Source: a virus (lineage: Duplodnaviria; Caudoviricetes). Taken from it: a stretch of DNA of 64,000 nt. A program made the translations under genes and the position numbers. The stretch is from the IMG/VR virus record IMGVR_UViG_3300033802_000250. One strand, written 5' to 3'. Shown here in pieces: positions 25,951 through 37,048 of this stretch; within the stretch, counting starts at the first letter, position 1, and each line of letters opens with the position of its first letter. Below the pieces are notes generated by a model. That model was not told the DNA's origin, made no database searches, and saw only the letters and a program-made list of their open reading frames with translations.

Positions 25951-27045
25951 ATGGCTATTTTTGAAGCAAGTGCAAGACGCAAGCCGGGCACGCGCTCCAA
26001 CACCGCGCTTGTCAAGTCCGGCGGCATGTCGCCCGCCGGACAGTGGATTACGGATCCGAACCTGCCGATCCGATTCTTCTACGATTACGGCGGCCCGGGC
26101 CAGAAGGAAGTCGTCGTACCGAAAGGCTATCTCGTCGGCGTTGCGCCGCAACGCTACAAGGACGATGCGCTCGGCTTCTACAAGAACGCCCTGACCATCG
26201 CAACTGACACGATCCGTCCGTTCGGCGTCGCGCCGTACAACTTCACCAAGCATTGGGAAGACTTCTTGGACGGCAATCAACCCTCCGTCATTACGCGCGA
26301 CTACATCGAACTGCCGTGGTTCCCGAACAAGGACGATGCGGCGGCTCACAAATGGGGCGCGGTCAACGGCCCGCTTGCGCCGAACGATCTCGTGACGTGG
26401 AGCCGCGATCCGGCTACGTTCGGCCAATTCATCAAGTGGGATCCGGCGGCTGGTCACAGCCCGGCAGACATCATCGGCCAAGTCGGCGAGATCGAAGACG
26501 ATCAGGAAATCTACGGCTGGCTGAAATGGGTTATGTGGGATGAGGCGGCTCGCCGTCAAGACCAAGACGGCCCGGTCAACAAGTCCGGCTACTCGGCTCC
26601 GACCGACGGCGGCTATCCGTTCGACCCTGAGTACAAACGCCTCGGCAAGACCGGCGAGAACGGCTACTTCAGCCAATACTATACCACGCCGAACGACGCA
26701 TCCGGCATTCCGGGCCTCACGGACGGTCGCCAACGCGCAGAAACGGTACACAGCATGGATTACGTTATCCAAGCTGGAACCGCCGCCAATACGGTTGTTC
26801 AGTTCAACCTCGGCAAGAAGAACATCATCAACGGCTCGACGGTCGTGCTGATCGACGGTGTCGAACCTCCGGCGAATAGCTGGACTATCGACCTGACGAA
26901 CGGCATCGTCAGCTACACGGTTCCGTCCAACGTGGGCGCAAACCAAAACGTGAACATCAAGTTCCGTTGCGAGTTCTTCGGCACTCCGGCTCATCTGGAC
27001 TTCAAGGGCGTCCGGGCGGCTGTACGGATTCTGCTGAAGTTCTAA
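25951..27045 (+). CDS. Head structural/decoration protein
   Basis: Between scaffold and MCP, strong RBS and codon bias. Confidence 0.6.
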   Translation: MAIFEASARRKPGTRSNTALVKSGGMSPAGQWITDPNLPIRFFYDYGGPGQKEVVVPKGYLVGVAPQRYKDDALGFYKNALTIATDTIRPFGVAPYNFTKHWEDFLDGNQPSVITRDYIELPWFPNKDDAAAHKWGAVNGPLAPNDLVTWSRDPATFGQFIKWDPAAGHSPADIIGQVGEIEDDQEIYGWLKWVMWDEAARRQDQDGPVNKSGYSAPTDGGYPFDPEYKRLGKTGENGYFSQYYTTPNDASGIPGLTDGRQRAETVHSMDYVIQAGTAANTVVQFNLGKKNIINGSTVVLIDGVEPPANSWTIDLTNGIVSYTVPSNVGANQNVNIKFRCEFFGTPAHLDFKGVRAAVRILLKF

Positions 27046-27118
27046 TCTGCGGGGGCTAACCAGCCCCCTATCATTCCAGACAATCTCAGCGATGTCCTTA
27101 AAGGAGGATACATAAATC

Positions 27119-28270
27119 ATGAAGATGGATCCGAAAAAGCTCCAAGAGTCGCTCCGCAGGAAGCTGGAGAATGGGCAACAACTGTCCGAAGCCGAAATCA
27201 GAATGCTCGAACTGAACGAGCAGGAACAGCAATTGATGGAGGACTTCAAGAAAATGATGGAGGGCGAACTCGTTGAGAACACGGTCAAGCTCTCCGAGTT
27301 CTTGGCGACTCCGTCGGCTCAAGTGCTGATCCCCCGGGTCGTCATCGGCACGATGCGCGAAGCGGCAGAGCCGCTCTACATCGGCACGAAGATGCTGACG
27401 AAGATCCGGCTGAAATCCGGTCAATCCATGATCTTCCCGTCCATCGGCCCGATGAGAGCGCATGACGTTGCCGAAGGTCAGGAAATTCCGCAAGAAACCA
27501 TCGACTGGCAAACCCACGAAACGCCGGAGATTCGGGTCGGCAAAGTGGGCCTGCGTCTCCAGTTCACCGAGGAAATGGTGAGCGACAGTCAATGGGATAT
27601 CATCGCGATGATGATCAAGCAAGCGGGTCGCGCAATGGCGCGTCACAAGGAGCAAAAATGCTTCAACCAGTTCCGCAAGCACGGCCATACGGTCTTCGAC
27701 AACGCTCTGCGTGCGACGACGCCGGAAGCCGGTACGACCGGGCTGGACGCCAACGGCAACTACAACGACACGTTTTCGGCGGAGGACTTCCTCGACCTCA
27801 TCATTGCGGTCATGGCGAACGAATATACGCCGACCGACATCCTGATGCACCCGCTGGTGTGGACGGTCTTCGCGAAGAACGAACTGACCGGCTCGCTGTT
27901 GGCTTCGCCGTACACCAACTATCCGGTAAAAGGCCAACCGACGACGCTGAAGCTCGGCCCGGATTCCATCCAAGGCCGTATCCCGTTCAGCTTCAACGTG
28001 CAACTGAGCCCGTTCATCCCGCTGGACAAGAAGAACCGTCGCTTCGACCTGTACTGCGTAGACCGCAACAACATCGGCGTACTGCTGGTGAAGGACGACA
28101 TCAAGACGGACGAGTTCAACGATCCGTCGCGTGACATCCGCAACATCAAGATGATCGAGCGCTACGGCATCGGCATCCTGAACGAAGGCAAAGCCATCGC
28201 CGTCGCAAAGAACATCTCGATGGACAAGTCGTACCCCGACACCCCGGTCTACAAGGTGCGTAGCGTCTAA
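27119..28270 (+). CDS. Major capsid protein (HK97 fold)
   Basis: VAEGQEIP, KVGLRLQFTEEMVSDS, ILMHPLVW, ERYGIGIL; strong RBS. Confidence 0.9.
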   Translation: MKMDPKKLQESLRRKLENGQQLSEAEIRMLELNEQEQQLMEDFKKMMEGELVENTVKLSEFLATPSAQVLIPRVVIGTMREAAEPLYIGTKMLTKIRLKSGQSMIFPSIGPMRAHDVAEGQEIPQETIDWQTHETPEIRVGKVGLRLQFTEEMVSDSQWDIIAMMIKQAGRAMARHKEQKCFNQFRKHGHTVFDNALRATTPEAGTTGLDANGNYNDTFSAEDFLDLIIAVMANEYTPTDILMHPLVWTVFAKNELTGSLLASPYTNYPVKGQPTTLKLGPDSIQGRIPFSFNVQLSPFIPLDKKNRRFDLYCVDRNNIGVLLVKDDIKTDEFNDPSRDIRNIKMIERYGIGILNEGKAIAVAKNISMDKSYPDTPVYKVRSV

Positions 28271-28295
28271 TCATTGATCGAGGAGGATTCCGAGT

Positions 28296-28946
28296 ATGGA
28301 AGCACAAGTAGTTCGACACCTGATTGCTTTGGGGAAAGGCTATAATGGCTTCTTCTGCCCGGAATCCCGCTTTCACCTGATGGGAGGGATGAAGCCGCAG
28401 GATTACTATCCTGTGGGCATCCCTCTTTCTAAAGCTGTGAAAGTCGGGCTTCGGACAGGGACGCTGGTCGATGTGAACGGCACCATCGACCCGAACGAGT
28501 ACATGAACGGCCCCGACACCATGCGCCGGGTCGTTACCGTCCAGCCGGTGAATGCCGCCGCCATTGTACAGGCCGCTCAAATCCAATCCGCACAGGTCAA
28601 AGCCGATGAGGGCGCAAAGAAAGATGGCGGCGACGGCGGCAAAACCGATGAGAACGCAAAGAAAGAGGGCGGCGACGGCGGCCAAGTGGTTGATGAAGGC
28701 GGATCCAATGACCAAAGCACCCAAAGCGACAGCGATCAGAACGATACGCCGCAAAGCGGCAACGAACTGAGCCTCGAATCGGAAGGGCTGACGGAGGAGC
28801 AAATCGACAACGCCAGCCGGAAATTCCTGCTGGAGTACATCGAAAAGCACCAAATCAGCAAGGAGACGCTCGGCCTTAACAGCCGCTCCGACGCTGAAGA
28901 AGTGAAAAACGCTCTGAAGATCCACTTCGGATACAAGGCCGTTTAA
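28296..28946 (+). CDS. Head-associated hypothetical protein with a 42-nt tandem duplication
   Basis: DEGAKKDGGDGG/DENAKKEGGDGG at about 28603-28686. Confidence 0.7.
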   Translation: MEAQVVRHLIALGKGYNGFFCPESRFHLMGGMKPQDYYPVGIPLSKAVKVGLRTGTLVDVNGTIDPNEYMNGPDTMRRVVTVQPVNAAAIVQAAQIQSAQVKADEGAKKDGGDGGKTDENAKKEGGDGGQVVDEGGSNDQSTQSDSDQNDTPQSGNELSLESEGLTEEQIDNASRKFLLEYIEKHQISKETLGLNSRSDAEEVKNALKIHFGYKAV

Positions 28947-28968
28947 TCAAGCATAGTGGGGTGATGGT

Positions 28969-29946
28969 ATGGCTAGAGAACCTGTGGTTCTTGAAACATC
29001 ACCGGGCAACTATGCGACCGAAGTGGCGACGACAGCCTCCATTACGGTTACATTCAATATCGACTTGGACAGTCGCTACATCCAAGATTACGTCTACCTG
29101 ACCGATGCTCGCGGAGTTCACATAGATTCGCGCATCGTGTACAAGCGCAAAACCATCACCGTAACACCTTTGAATCCGCTGGATCCCGGGAAAACGTACC
29201 AGCTTTTCGTCATCGGGGATTCCGATCTGACGGATAACAAGGCTAATGGTATCCGAAGCATCGTTGGCGATCCTATGCCCGGGAACTTCATTCTCACCTT
29301 CACCACTGACGGTGAAGTAGCAATCGAACCGCCAACTTTGACCTTGCCGGGATACGGCTCCGTCATGCGGCAGAATCCCATTTTTGCGTGGGAACCCGTG
29401 GACGGAGCGGTCGGCTACAACATTCGCATCTCGAAATCCAACCGGTTTGACGTTCTGGTGTTTCCTGAAAACCCGGATCAAGTCTATACCGAAACGGAAA
29501 TCGAGCCTGCGATCATATGGGACGAAGGCATTCACTATTGGTCGGTACGAGCCATCCGTGAAGATGGAGTCAAAAGTGAATGGAGCGACATCGGGCAATT
29601 CAACATCAACATGTTGGAGCCGGGCAAGATCTCGGAAGAAGATGCTCCTCCAGTGGATGTTCTTTACGAAACAGATCCGTCGCTCGAACTCATCGAGGTG
29701 TTTCCGAGAGACGAGTTTGCTGGTGTACCGACCAACGTGAAATCCATTTACTTCAGGGTGATCGGTGAGGTAGACGTTTCCCTCATAGATGTGGACTCGT
29801 TCCGAGTGATTGGATCGCATGTCACAGGTGACTATAACGCCGAATCACACGGCGAAGTGAAAGGCACAGTTTCCATCGCGCCTGCGGGCGACGGCACGAC
29901 ATACATCATCTTCACGCCGGAGATTCCGCCCGCACCTTCTGTATAG
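28969..29946 (+). CDS. Ig-like plus FN3-like virion protein
   Basis: TSPGNYATEV...ITVTFN...TVTPLNPLDPGKTYQL Ig-like; FAWEPVDGAVGYNI...YWSVRA...SEWS FN3-like. Confidence 0.8.
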   Translation: MAREPVVLETSPGNYATEVATTASITVTFNIDLDSRYIQDYVYLTDARGVHIDSRIVYKRKTITVTPLNPLDPGKTYQLFVIGDSDLTDNKANGIRSIVGDPMPGNFILTFTTDGEVAIEPPTLTLPGYGSVMRQNPIFAWEPVDGAVGYNIRISKSNRFDVLVFPENPDQVYTETEIEPAIIWDEGIHYWSVRAIREDGVKSEWSDIGQFNINMLEPGKISEEDAPPVDVLYETDPSLELIEVFPRDEFAGVPTNVKSIYFRVIGEVDVSLIDVDSFRVIGSHVTGDYNAESHGEVKGTVSIAPAGDGTTYIIFTPEIPPAPSV

Positions 29947-29959
29947 GCAGGTGAGGTAA

Positions 29960-30394
29960 ATGGCAGTTCAACAAAACTATTCCGTCGGCGGTGTGCTTGA
30001 CGAGATCAAGAAAATCAACTGGCCTGCCCACTTGTTCCCAAGATTCGAGGAGCCCTTTCTCAAGGGCTTTCAAATACATGTACCTGCTGTACCGGGTTTG
30101 TACACGGTGGAATACGATTGTGAGACCGATATGGAGTTGATCAATGTATCGCTCGCTTGCTCCGGGTATAAGGACGGCGATTATTGGGAGGTTATCTCCA
30201 TTCGGCCCGGCCAACCGGATCGAAAAATCGTCGAAACAATGCCGACACGGGAGCTTGCCGAGTCGATCAATATGGGAAACGTGTTGTACATCGTACACCG
30301 GCTTCCCGCAGGCTCCAAAATCCGCTTCGAGTTCAACAACGTATCAGGTACAAGCAAAATCGTTTGGCCTAGCCTGCGATTTCTGACACCCTAA
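29960..30394 (+). CDS. Putative virion structural protein
   Basis: RBS GAGGT; beta-rich; in structural operon. Confidence 0.65.
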   Translation: MAVQQNYSVGGVLDEIKKINWPAHLFPRFEEPFLKGFQIHVPAVPGLYTVEYDCETDMELINVSLACSGYKDGDYWEVISIRPGQPDRKIVETMPTRELAESINMGNVLYIVHRLPAGSKIRFEFNNVSGTSKIVWPSLRFLTP

Positions 30395-30411
30395 TGTAAG
30401 GAGTGAACCCA

Positions 30412-33336
30412 ATGTCTGTAAAACGCGCGAAGTGGATTGAAGGCATCACACAGTCCAAACGGATCCTTCGTGACATTGCAGAGATCGTCACGACGGCGAT
30501 CCGGGACGAAAACGGTGTCGTTCCCGAGGAGAACTGGCAACTGGTTTTCCCTCGCCCGTTTGCTGAACTTCCCGTGACTCGCGCAATGCTGATCCGGGAC
30601 GAGAACAACAGCAAGAAGTACATTCCGGTGAAAAACCACACGGAACACCTCGTACTGACGGGAACAACGGGGGCGGCCCTGAAAGAAAACGCGGTGCTGG
30701 AACAAAGCATTGTGGTGAAAAGCGAAGACGGCGCAACGACCTATGAACCGGACACGGACTATACATACGTTGCCGGAAGCAATTCCATCGCCCGCACGGC
30801 GAACAGCGCAATCCCGTCCGGCGCAACGGTACTGGTTGAGTACGGCACGCTTTTCCACAAAATTCTGCAATCTGTTCCGGTGCTGGTGGAGCGCAAGCTG
30901 ACGCTGAACGAGCCGGATCGTGTGATTCCGTCCAACGACTATCAGATCGTGGACTACGTTTCCGGGAAGATCAAATTCAACACGGATCCTCCGCAGGATG
31001 CGATGTACTTCGCTCTGAGCTATACGGAACGGAAAAGCACGTTCGAGTACGAGGAGAAAGAGAAAGTCCAACTGGAGCTTGATCCGCTGGACGGCCTTGG
31101 CCGCACGTTTTTGGTTCCGGGTGCGCACGGCGAGATCATGCAATGGGAGGATTATCGCACGATTTCCTCGGCTCCGGCAGGCGGCCTGATCGCAACCGGC
31201 GAAGTCGGATATACGCTCGACCCGATTGACAAGGCGGTCATCTTCGATATTGCTCCGACGCTTCGCCCGGACGACCGATTGCTGTTGACGGTCGAAATTT
31301 ATGACGACCCGACCTTCACGACGAGCCGCCGGTGGTCGCGTCTGGAACTGATCAAGGACGCGAACGACCCCGACGGCAAGACTTACAAAGTCACCGGAAG
31401 CTTCCAGAAGTTCAATGAAGGCAAGGCGCACTTCGTCGAAATGTACACGAAGAACACCGAGCCGATTCTGTACAAGCATCTGGACGCGAACAACGCGGGG
31501 TTCTCAGAGATCGACCCGAGCGAATACACGGTAGACTTCAACAACCCGGCGATCACGCTCAAGGAAGATACGCCGGATCAACTGTTTATCACCTGCATCG
31601 CTCGCGGCGAAGACGACATCAATGAAGGGCTGAAGAAGATTACCGACCGTATCGTCATCAAAACGGTGACGACGCCGGAAAACACCGACCAGCCGCCGGT
31701 TATCGGTGATCAATACGGAGCCAAGGATACGGCGACCTCGCTGGAGATGTACGTCGAGATCGTGAAGCCGCCGAAGCTCATCAACCCGGAAACGGGTCTG
31801 GAGCGATACACGACGATCCTCGGCAATCAAGTGGAGACCCAAGACAACAACCACTTCATCCAAATTCGGATGTTCGACAAGTGGGATGACGAGAAGCAAA
31901 CCTTTGTGGAGCCGACGTATGACTCGCAAGGTAACGTCATCGACAAAGGCGCGTACGTCTCCGATTGGGCCAAGTACGCTTGGTTCAAGGACTGGAAGGA
32001 GTCCTTGGTTGACGAACTCGATGCCGACCCCGGTTCTGCGGATGTTACCGACGGCATCATCCTTCATGAAGTCATCACGAACGGCATGAGCGACGAGTTC
32101 CCGGTTCAATTCTGGATCTCGACGAACAACAACCGGATTGCGATGATTCTGATGGGCGACCCGACGCTGGATCAGGATAACTTCCTGACTTCCTTCGCGT
32201 ACATCGGACGCATCCATCCGTTCTACGACAGCAAGTGCGTCGTCAAACGCGACAGTCAAGGCAACATTCTGCTGGACGCGAACGGCGAGCCGGTGCTGGA
32301 AGAACAGCGCACCTACTTCGAGAACGACGTGAGCGGCAACTTCGCTCTTACGACGGGGTCTTCGACGATTCCGGCGGCTATCGGGGTTCCGCCGAAAGGC
32401 CAGCCGATCATGCAGAGCGTCGAAGTGATCACCGACTCAAACGGAATCGTGCCGGGCGACCTGTACGACTTCACGGCGTACTCGTACATCGTCACGTATC
32501 TGACGGACGGTGGCGAGTCCAGACCGAGCCGGATTGACGCCGGACGTTTGGTGGTCAACAAAGGACTCGTGATTCCGACGAACACCACACCGACGAAAGG
32601 TATCTCGCTGAAGGTGAGCTTCGTGCTTCCTGAAGAAGCGACGGGGTACAAGATCTATCGTTATCACGAAGCGAGCAAAACCAACTTCACTCCGGCGGAC
32701 GCGGCGAACTACGGTCTGTACAAGCTGGTCGCAACGGTGGAACGCTTGGGTCGCGAGCGGGAGATTACCTTCGTCGATGACGGTGTATCTCTGCCGATGG
32801 ACAACAACGGAACGCTCATCCCGAACATGTCCAACTCGTTCTACAGCAAGTACACCTCGGCGGTTCCGACGGCTCGTTCCTTCAAGTCCGTAACCCGCGA
32901 CCAATACACCGGTGCGATTCTGGACGTGAAGTTCACGAATAAGTGGGGTGCCGAAACGGCTACCGGCGTCAACGATATCATGATGTTCCAGACCCGCTCC
33001 GGCCTGAAATATCAGCGCCACCAAGCGGCGTTCATTACGACGGAACAATTCATGCGGAAGGAGAAGTCCGGCCAATCCCGCTGGACGGGCAAATTCCACC
33101 TGTCGCCGATCTACGTCGAACACAGCTACGACAAACAACGCGGCTGGCTCGACGGCGTCATGGCGGTGGACGACAGCGGCATCGAGCATCTCGACGAACT
33201 GATTGTGGACAAGGACACGCCGACGGAGGAAGTGTACAAGTTCTTCCGCATCAACGCTCCGTTCAGCTTCCTCAACAACTCGCCGAACTATGCGTACGGG
33301 GTGGCAATCATCAAGTCCTCGCAAAAATGGCAATAA
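30412..33336 (+). CDS. Large virion structural protein (about 974 aa)
   Basis: RBS AAGGAG before ATG 30412; beta-rich multi-domain, FN3-like YSYIVTY...GES segment. Confidence 0.7.
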   Translation: MSVKRAKWIEGITQSKRILRDIAEIVTTAIRDENGVVPEENWQLVFPRPFAELPVTRAMLIRDENNSKKYIPVKNHTEHLVLTGTTGAALKENAVLEQSIVVKSEDGATTYEPDTDYTYVAGSNSIARTANSAIPSGATVLVEYGTLFHKILQSVPVLVERKLTLNEPDRVIPSNDYQIVDYVSGKIKFNTDPPQDAMYFALSYTERKSTFEYEEKEKVQLELDPLDGLGRTFLVPGAHGEIMQWEDYRTISSAPAGGLIATGEVGYTLDPIDKAVIFDIAPTLRPDDRLLLTVEIYDDPTFTTSRRWSRLELIKDANDPDGKTYKVTGSFQKFNEGKAHFVEMYTKNTEPILYKHLDANNAGFSEIDPSEYTVDFNNPAITLKEDTPDQLFITCIARGEDDINEGLKKITDRIVIKTVTTPENTDQPPVIGDQYGAKDTATSLEMYVEIVKPPKLINPETGLERYTTILGNQVETQDNNHFIQIRMFDKWDDEKQTFVEPTYDSQGNVIDKGAYVSDWAKYAWFKDWKESLVDELDADPGSADVTDGIILHEVITNGMSDEFPVQFWISTNNNRIAMILMGDPTLDQDNFLTSFAYIGRIHPFYDSKCVVKRDSQGNILLDANGEPVLEEQRTYFENDVSGNFALTTGSSTIPAAIGVPPKGQPIMQSVEVITDSNGIVPGDLYDFTAYSYIVTYLTDGGESRPSRIDAGRLVVNKGLVIPTNTTPTKGISLKVSFVLPEEATGYKIYRYHEASKTNFTPADAANYGLYKLVATVERLGREREITFVDDGVSLPMDNNGTLIPNMSNSFYSKYTSAVPTARSFKSVTRDQYTGAILDVKFTNKWGAETATGVNDIMMFQTRSGLKYQRHQAAFITTEQFMRKEKSGQSRWTGKFHLSPIYVEHSYDKQRGWLDGVMAVDDSGIEHLDELIVDKDTPTEEVYKFFRINAPFSFLNNSPNYAYGVAIIKSSQKWQ

Positions 33337-33362
33337 ACTCGCGGTGAAGGGGTGAAAAGAGA

Positions 33363-36300
33363 ATGCAGAATACGTTCAGTTTCTCATTCTTGTTTTCGCC
33401 CCCTAATCCCCGGCATGACGGATGGATAGGGCAGAGCTTTGCTTTGTCCTATCTTAATTCTGAGCCGGGAAACAGTTATCTGTTCCGATACAAGCCATAC
33501 TTCGTCGGTGACAGCCGGATCAATCGAGATGTGAAGTTGGCTGATTCGGTAGGTAGAGCCGGGGGCGAAGTTGAACACCACGTATTATCGGCAAGAGAAG
33601 CAAGCTATGGAGGGTACGTTTCGGAAGACGTACAGTACGCGATTGTCCGCAAGCGTCTGGACGCATTATTCAGGCGCGATTTCGCAAAGGCTCTGCGGGA
33701 ACGGGCGGCCAGCATTCTGAAGTGGCTCCCCGAAGGTTCAAGATCTCCGTTATCTGCCGAGGAGTTGCGGTTGCGTTTGCTGGAGCAGGCCGGACAAGAG
33801 GCTCAGGCCGCGAATCAACATTCATTCAGCGACCGCCGGTACGATCAGGACAGTCTGATTCTTGACGAGATGTTGATAGGCTACATCGAGAAGATCAGAC
33901 AAGGCGTTACGCTTCGAGACTTGATAGCGGAGCGGCGATTCGATGTTCTGCGCGATGCCTTTATAACCATCCCGTATGAGTTTGCGGACAAATATCTCAT
34001 CGCATTTACGCCCCGGGAGACATTGGCTTCTCGGAAGCCGGTGCCGGATCCTATCGGGATTCGTTTACATACACACGAACTGGCTTTTCGGCCATATGAA
34101 CATGATACGGTCGAAGTTGAGAAGATCGTTGGTGACAAGATCATCCCCGGTGTGATTGTTTATCCTCCGACCTTGTTCGGGAACGAGCCGGACAATATCG
34201 GGATTATTCAAGAGGCAACCCTCGGGAATCGTATCAACGTTTACGATACGGTGTTGCCGGAAGTTCTTTTTGGCTCCCCGGAAGACAAGTATGGGATCGG
34301 AATAACCTCATTGCGATTCGGCGACATCCCTGTTGATACCGCTATCCACTTGAAGGATCGGTCTTTCGACCGGCACTTCAATAAGGAGACTGTAATTGAT
34401 CGTATTACAGTTGATATCGTCAAGGACATCAGCAAGGAAGTCCGTGTTGACACTGAGGTATCAAAAGCCGATATTCGGAAAAGTGGAGATGCTCGCATCG
34501 ACTGGCTGATGGTGACGCCATACGGATCCGGCGTACACGAAGCACGACTCGATGAAAGCAACGAAAAACGCGGCGACTACTTCGGGTCGGACGCTTATGT
34601 GGAATGGGTAAAGTCCTTTTTCGATGGGCCAGACATTCATGCGCAACCCGCATGGATTGTGCAAAGAGTTGTCCGAGGAGAACCGGAGTCCTATAACGCC
34701 GGTATAACACAAGACCGCGTGATGCTGGATGGCAAGGACACCATCAATCACTCGCGCTATGATTACGACCATGTGCGCGTAGAGGTCATTCCGATGGAAG
34801 CCAGACCGGAATGGAGCAACATCGTTCGCGCAGATTTTCTGGAGGAAGATGCGCAGACAAAGCTCTACCCGTTCGAGATGATTCGGGCCGAACTGCTCCT
34901 TCTGAATGCGCGGACACATGATCCCAACTTCATCATCCAAGGAAGCCTATCGTCGAAGAATGTCCGGTTCGATTTTATCGACCACAGGATGACCTTGCTT
35001 CCGCACGATGCGACAGAGTTTACGGATCTGAGCGTCAGGGTGGAAAAGGTTCAAACTGTAGCGTGGATTATCGACGCTATCAGGCGGCTGGATAAGCTGT
35101 CAAAAGCGATGCTGATCGTAGAGAACCGCCACCTGCTGGATAAACTCCCCGACCAAAGCCTCAAGGTTATTCGGGACATATGGGCTCATTATCAAGACAA
35201 GTCTATGGACGCAATTATTCTGAATGGCGACATATCCCGGAAGGCCGAGAAGGAGTCTTTGGTACGATCTGTCATGGCGCAACAGCTTTTTGCCGTGGGT
35301 GTAGATCTTGACGCTATCCTGATGAACATGATTCAAGCGGAGCGGCTTGATATCGAAGGCATCATTCACGAGCATCCACAATTTGGCGATCACCATAATG
35401 CGCTTTCAGAGGCACAGGTGTTTGATCCGGCGATTCTTGCACATCAAAAGGATGCGTTGGATGAGGCGATTAAGCAACGGCAAAAAGTTGCTGACAGAGA
35501 GGAACTTTACGGTATTATCCAGAAGCTCATCAACGCCAGCAACGAGATGAAGCTGGATCGTCCGGGGTACATCCCGAAGGAAACGTACATGCTGGTCGGC
35601 GACCTTTCCGAATGGGAAGATATCTGGAACCGGTATTCGCCGGGCGTAGATGTTCTGGACGTGCCGGATTCCGACTACGATTACAGCAGGCTTGCCAACC
35701 AAGTGTACGACCCGGAGACCGGGGTGCCGTTTCATCCGATTGGGCCGACGAACCAACCGGACGTGAAGGTAAAAATTCCGCTCCACCATCCGGTGCCCAA
35801 CTTTGCAGAGATCGGTATTGGCGAAGCTGTTGTGGATAACTACATCCTGATGGATGTTATTCTCGCGGTAGAATCTCTGAAGAACCGAAACAAGCTTCGC
35901 TTCGCCGGGATGCCCGCAGAAAAGACCATGCGTGAACTACTCTCCAAGTTGTATGCATGGATCCAGCAAGCGGCCCCGGGGGTTTTCGAGTATGAGCGAA
36001 CATTCCGCTTTGTGCGCTGGTATGCGGAAGCTGTTGTCACCAAGCTCAGCGAGCATATTCTTCAGCGCGTGTACAATCCGTGGATCTCAAAGATTCATGA
36101 GAACGGCGACTTGGGGATTCCGTACACTTCGACCGGGTGGCGGTATATCCCAAACGCTTCTATCCTTCAGACGAGTGATACGTCGGCCAGCTTGTCGTTC
36201 ACCAAGGAGAACTACATCGACGGACGTGTAACGATAAGAGGGTACTTTGATAATCCTCGCGGAGAAGGTAAAATGGAAGTGAAAGTGGATGGAGACGTTA

Positions 36301-36605
36301 TGGCCTCCCTTGAGACAAGTGATAATGGGGTGTTCACGCTGACGTTCGACGTTCCGCAAGGGCATCACAATTATGACATTGTCTTTAATGGAGCGTCAGG
36401 CCGCATCTCCTTGTCCAGCATGGAGATCACCGGATGCGTCTTTGTAAGTGCAACGACCATTGCGGACGACTCCAATACCAATGGGTTGAAAGCCTGCACT
36501 ACGCTGATGCAAATGCTGTTGTACTACTTCGACAAGCATCACGGCGACAAGAAGATCAAAGGTACGATGGCGATCAAACAGCGTAAAGTATGGCAACAAA
36601 CATAA
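33363..36605 (+). CDS. Large putative virion protein, 1080 aa
   Basis: RBS GAAGGGGTG; C-terminal beta-sandwich-like region. Confidence 0.65.
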   Translation: MQNTFSFSFLFSPPNPRHDGWIGQSFALSYLNSEPGNSYLFRYKPYFVGDSRINRDVKLADSVGRAGGEVEHHVLSAREASYGGYVSEDVQYAIVRKRLDALFRRDFAKALRERAASILKWLPEGSRSPLSAEELRLRLLEQAGQEAQAANQHSFSDRRYDQDSLILDEMLIGYIEKIRQGVTLRDLIAERRFDVLRDAFITIPYEFADKYLIAFTPRETLASRKPVPDPIGIRLHTHELAFRPYEHDTVEVEKIVGDKIIPGVIVYPPTLFGNEPDNIGIIQEATLGNRINVYDTVLPEVLFGSPEDKYGIGITSLRFGDIPVDTAIHLKDRSFDRHFNKETVIDRITVDIVKDISKEVRVDTEVSKADIRKSGDARIDWLMVTPYGSGVHEARLDESNEKRGDYFGSDAYVEWVKSFFDGPDIHAQPAWIVQRVVRGEPESYNAGITQDRVMLDGKDTINHSRYDYDHVRVEVIPMEARPEWSNIVRADFLEEDAQTKLYPFEMIRAELLLLNARTHDPNFIIQGSLSSKNVRFDFIDHRMTLLPHDATEFTDLSVRVEKVQTVAWIIDAIRRLDKLSKAMLIVENRHLLDKLPDQSLKVIRDIWAHYQDKSMDAIILNGDISRKAEKESLVRSVMAQQLFAVGVDLDAILMNMIQAERLDIEGIIHEHPQFGDHHNALSEAQVFDPAILAHQKDALDEAIKQRQKVADREELYGIIQKLINASNEMKLDRPGYIPKETYMLVGDLSEWEDIWNRYSPGVDVLDVPDSDYDYSRLANQVYDPETGVPFHPIGPTNQPDVKVKIPLHHPVPNFAEIGIGEAVVDNYILMDVILAVESLKNRNKLRFAGMPAEKTMRELLSKLYAWIQQAAPGVFEYERTFRFVRWYAEAVVTKLSEHILQRVYNPWISKIHENGDLGIPYTSTGWRYIPNASILQTSDTSASLSFTKENYIDGRVTIRGYFDNPRGEGKMEVKVDGDVMASLETSDNGVFTLTFDVPQGHHNYDIVFNGASGRISLSSMEITGCVFVSATTIADDSNTNGLKACTTLMQMLLYYFDKHHGDKKIKGTMAIKQRKVWQQT

Positions 36606-36628
36606 GCCAATGAAGGAGGAATCTCCAC

Positions 36629-37027
36629 ATGTCTCTGGTCAAGTACCAAGTTGAGCGTCGCCCGATTGGCGATGACGGCCATGTGTATCGCGGTCTCGGT
36701 TCCGGCGACTACATCACCATCAAAACACATCACAATGCTCCGCTCGGCAACATTGAAGTCATTACCGGCGACGCCCGGACACTGGCGGCAAAACTGCTTG
36801 GGCCCAAGGATTCGCTTCCGCCTCTGATCGTTACTCAGGGTGACAACAAGTGCGAAGCGAAGACTCACTTCCGCGAAGTGACTGGCGAACCGTGGCTTGT
36901 CCACTCGACGCATTTCTCCATCGAGTCGGCGCTGGAGTCTGCGGCTCCGCTGGCGGCGGCCATCGGTGCCGAAAACGTACGCATCGTACAAGTGCTGTCC
37001 CACACGACCATATTCAAGCTTCAATAA
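36629..37027 (+). CDS. Hypothetical virion-region protein
   Basis: RBS AAGGAGG. Confidence 0.7.
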   Translation: MSLVKYQVERRPIGDDGHVYRGLGSGDYITIKTHHNAPLGNIEVITGDARTLAAKLLGPKDSLPPLIVTQGDNKCEAKTHFREVTGEPWLVHSTHFSIESALESAAPLAAAIGAENVRIVQVLSHTTIFKLQ

Positions 37028-37048
37028 TGCTGAAGCGGGGGATGTATC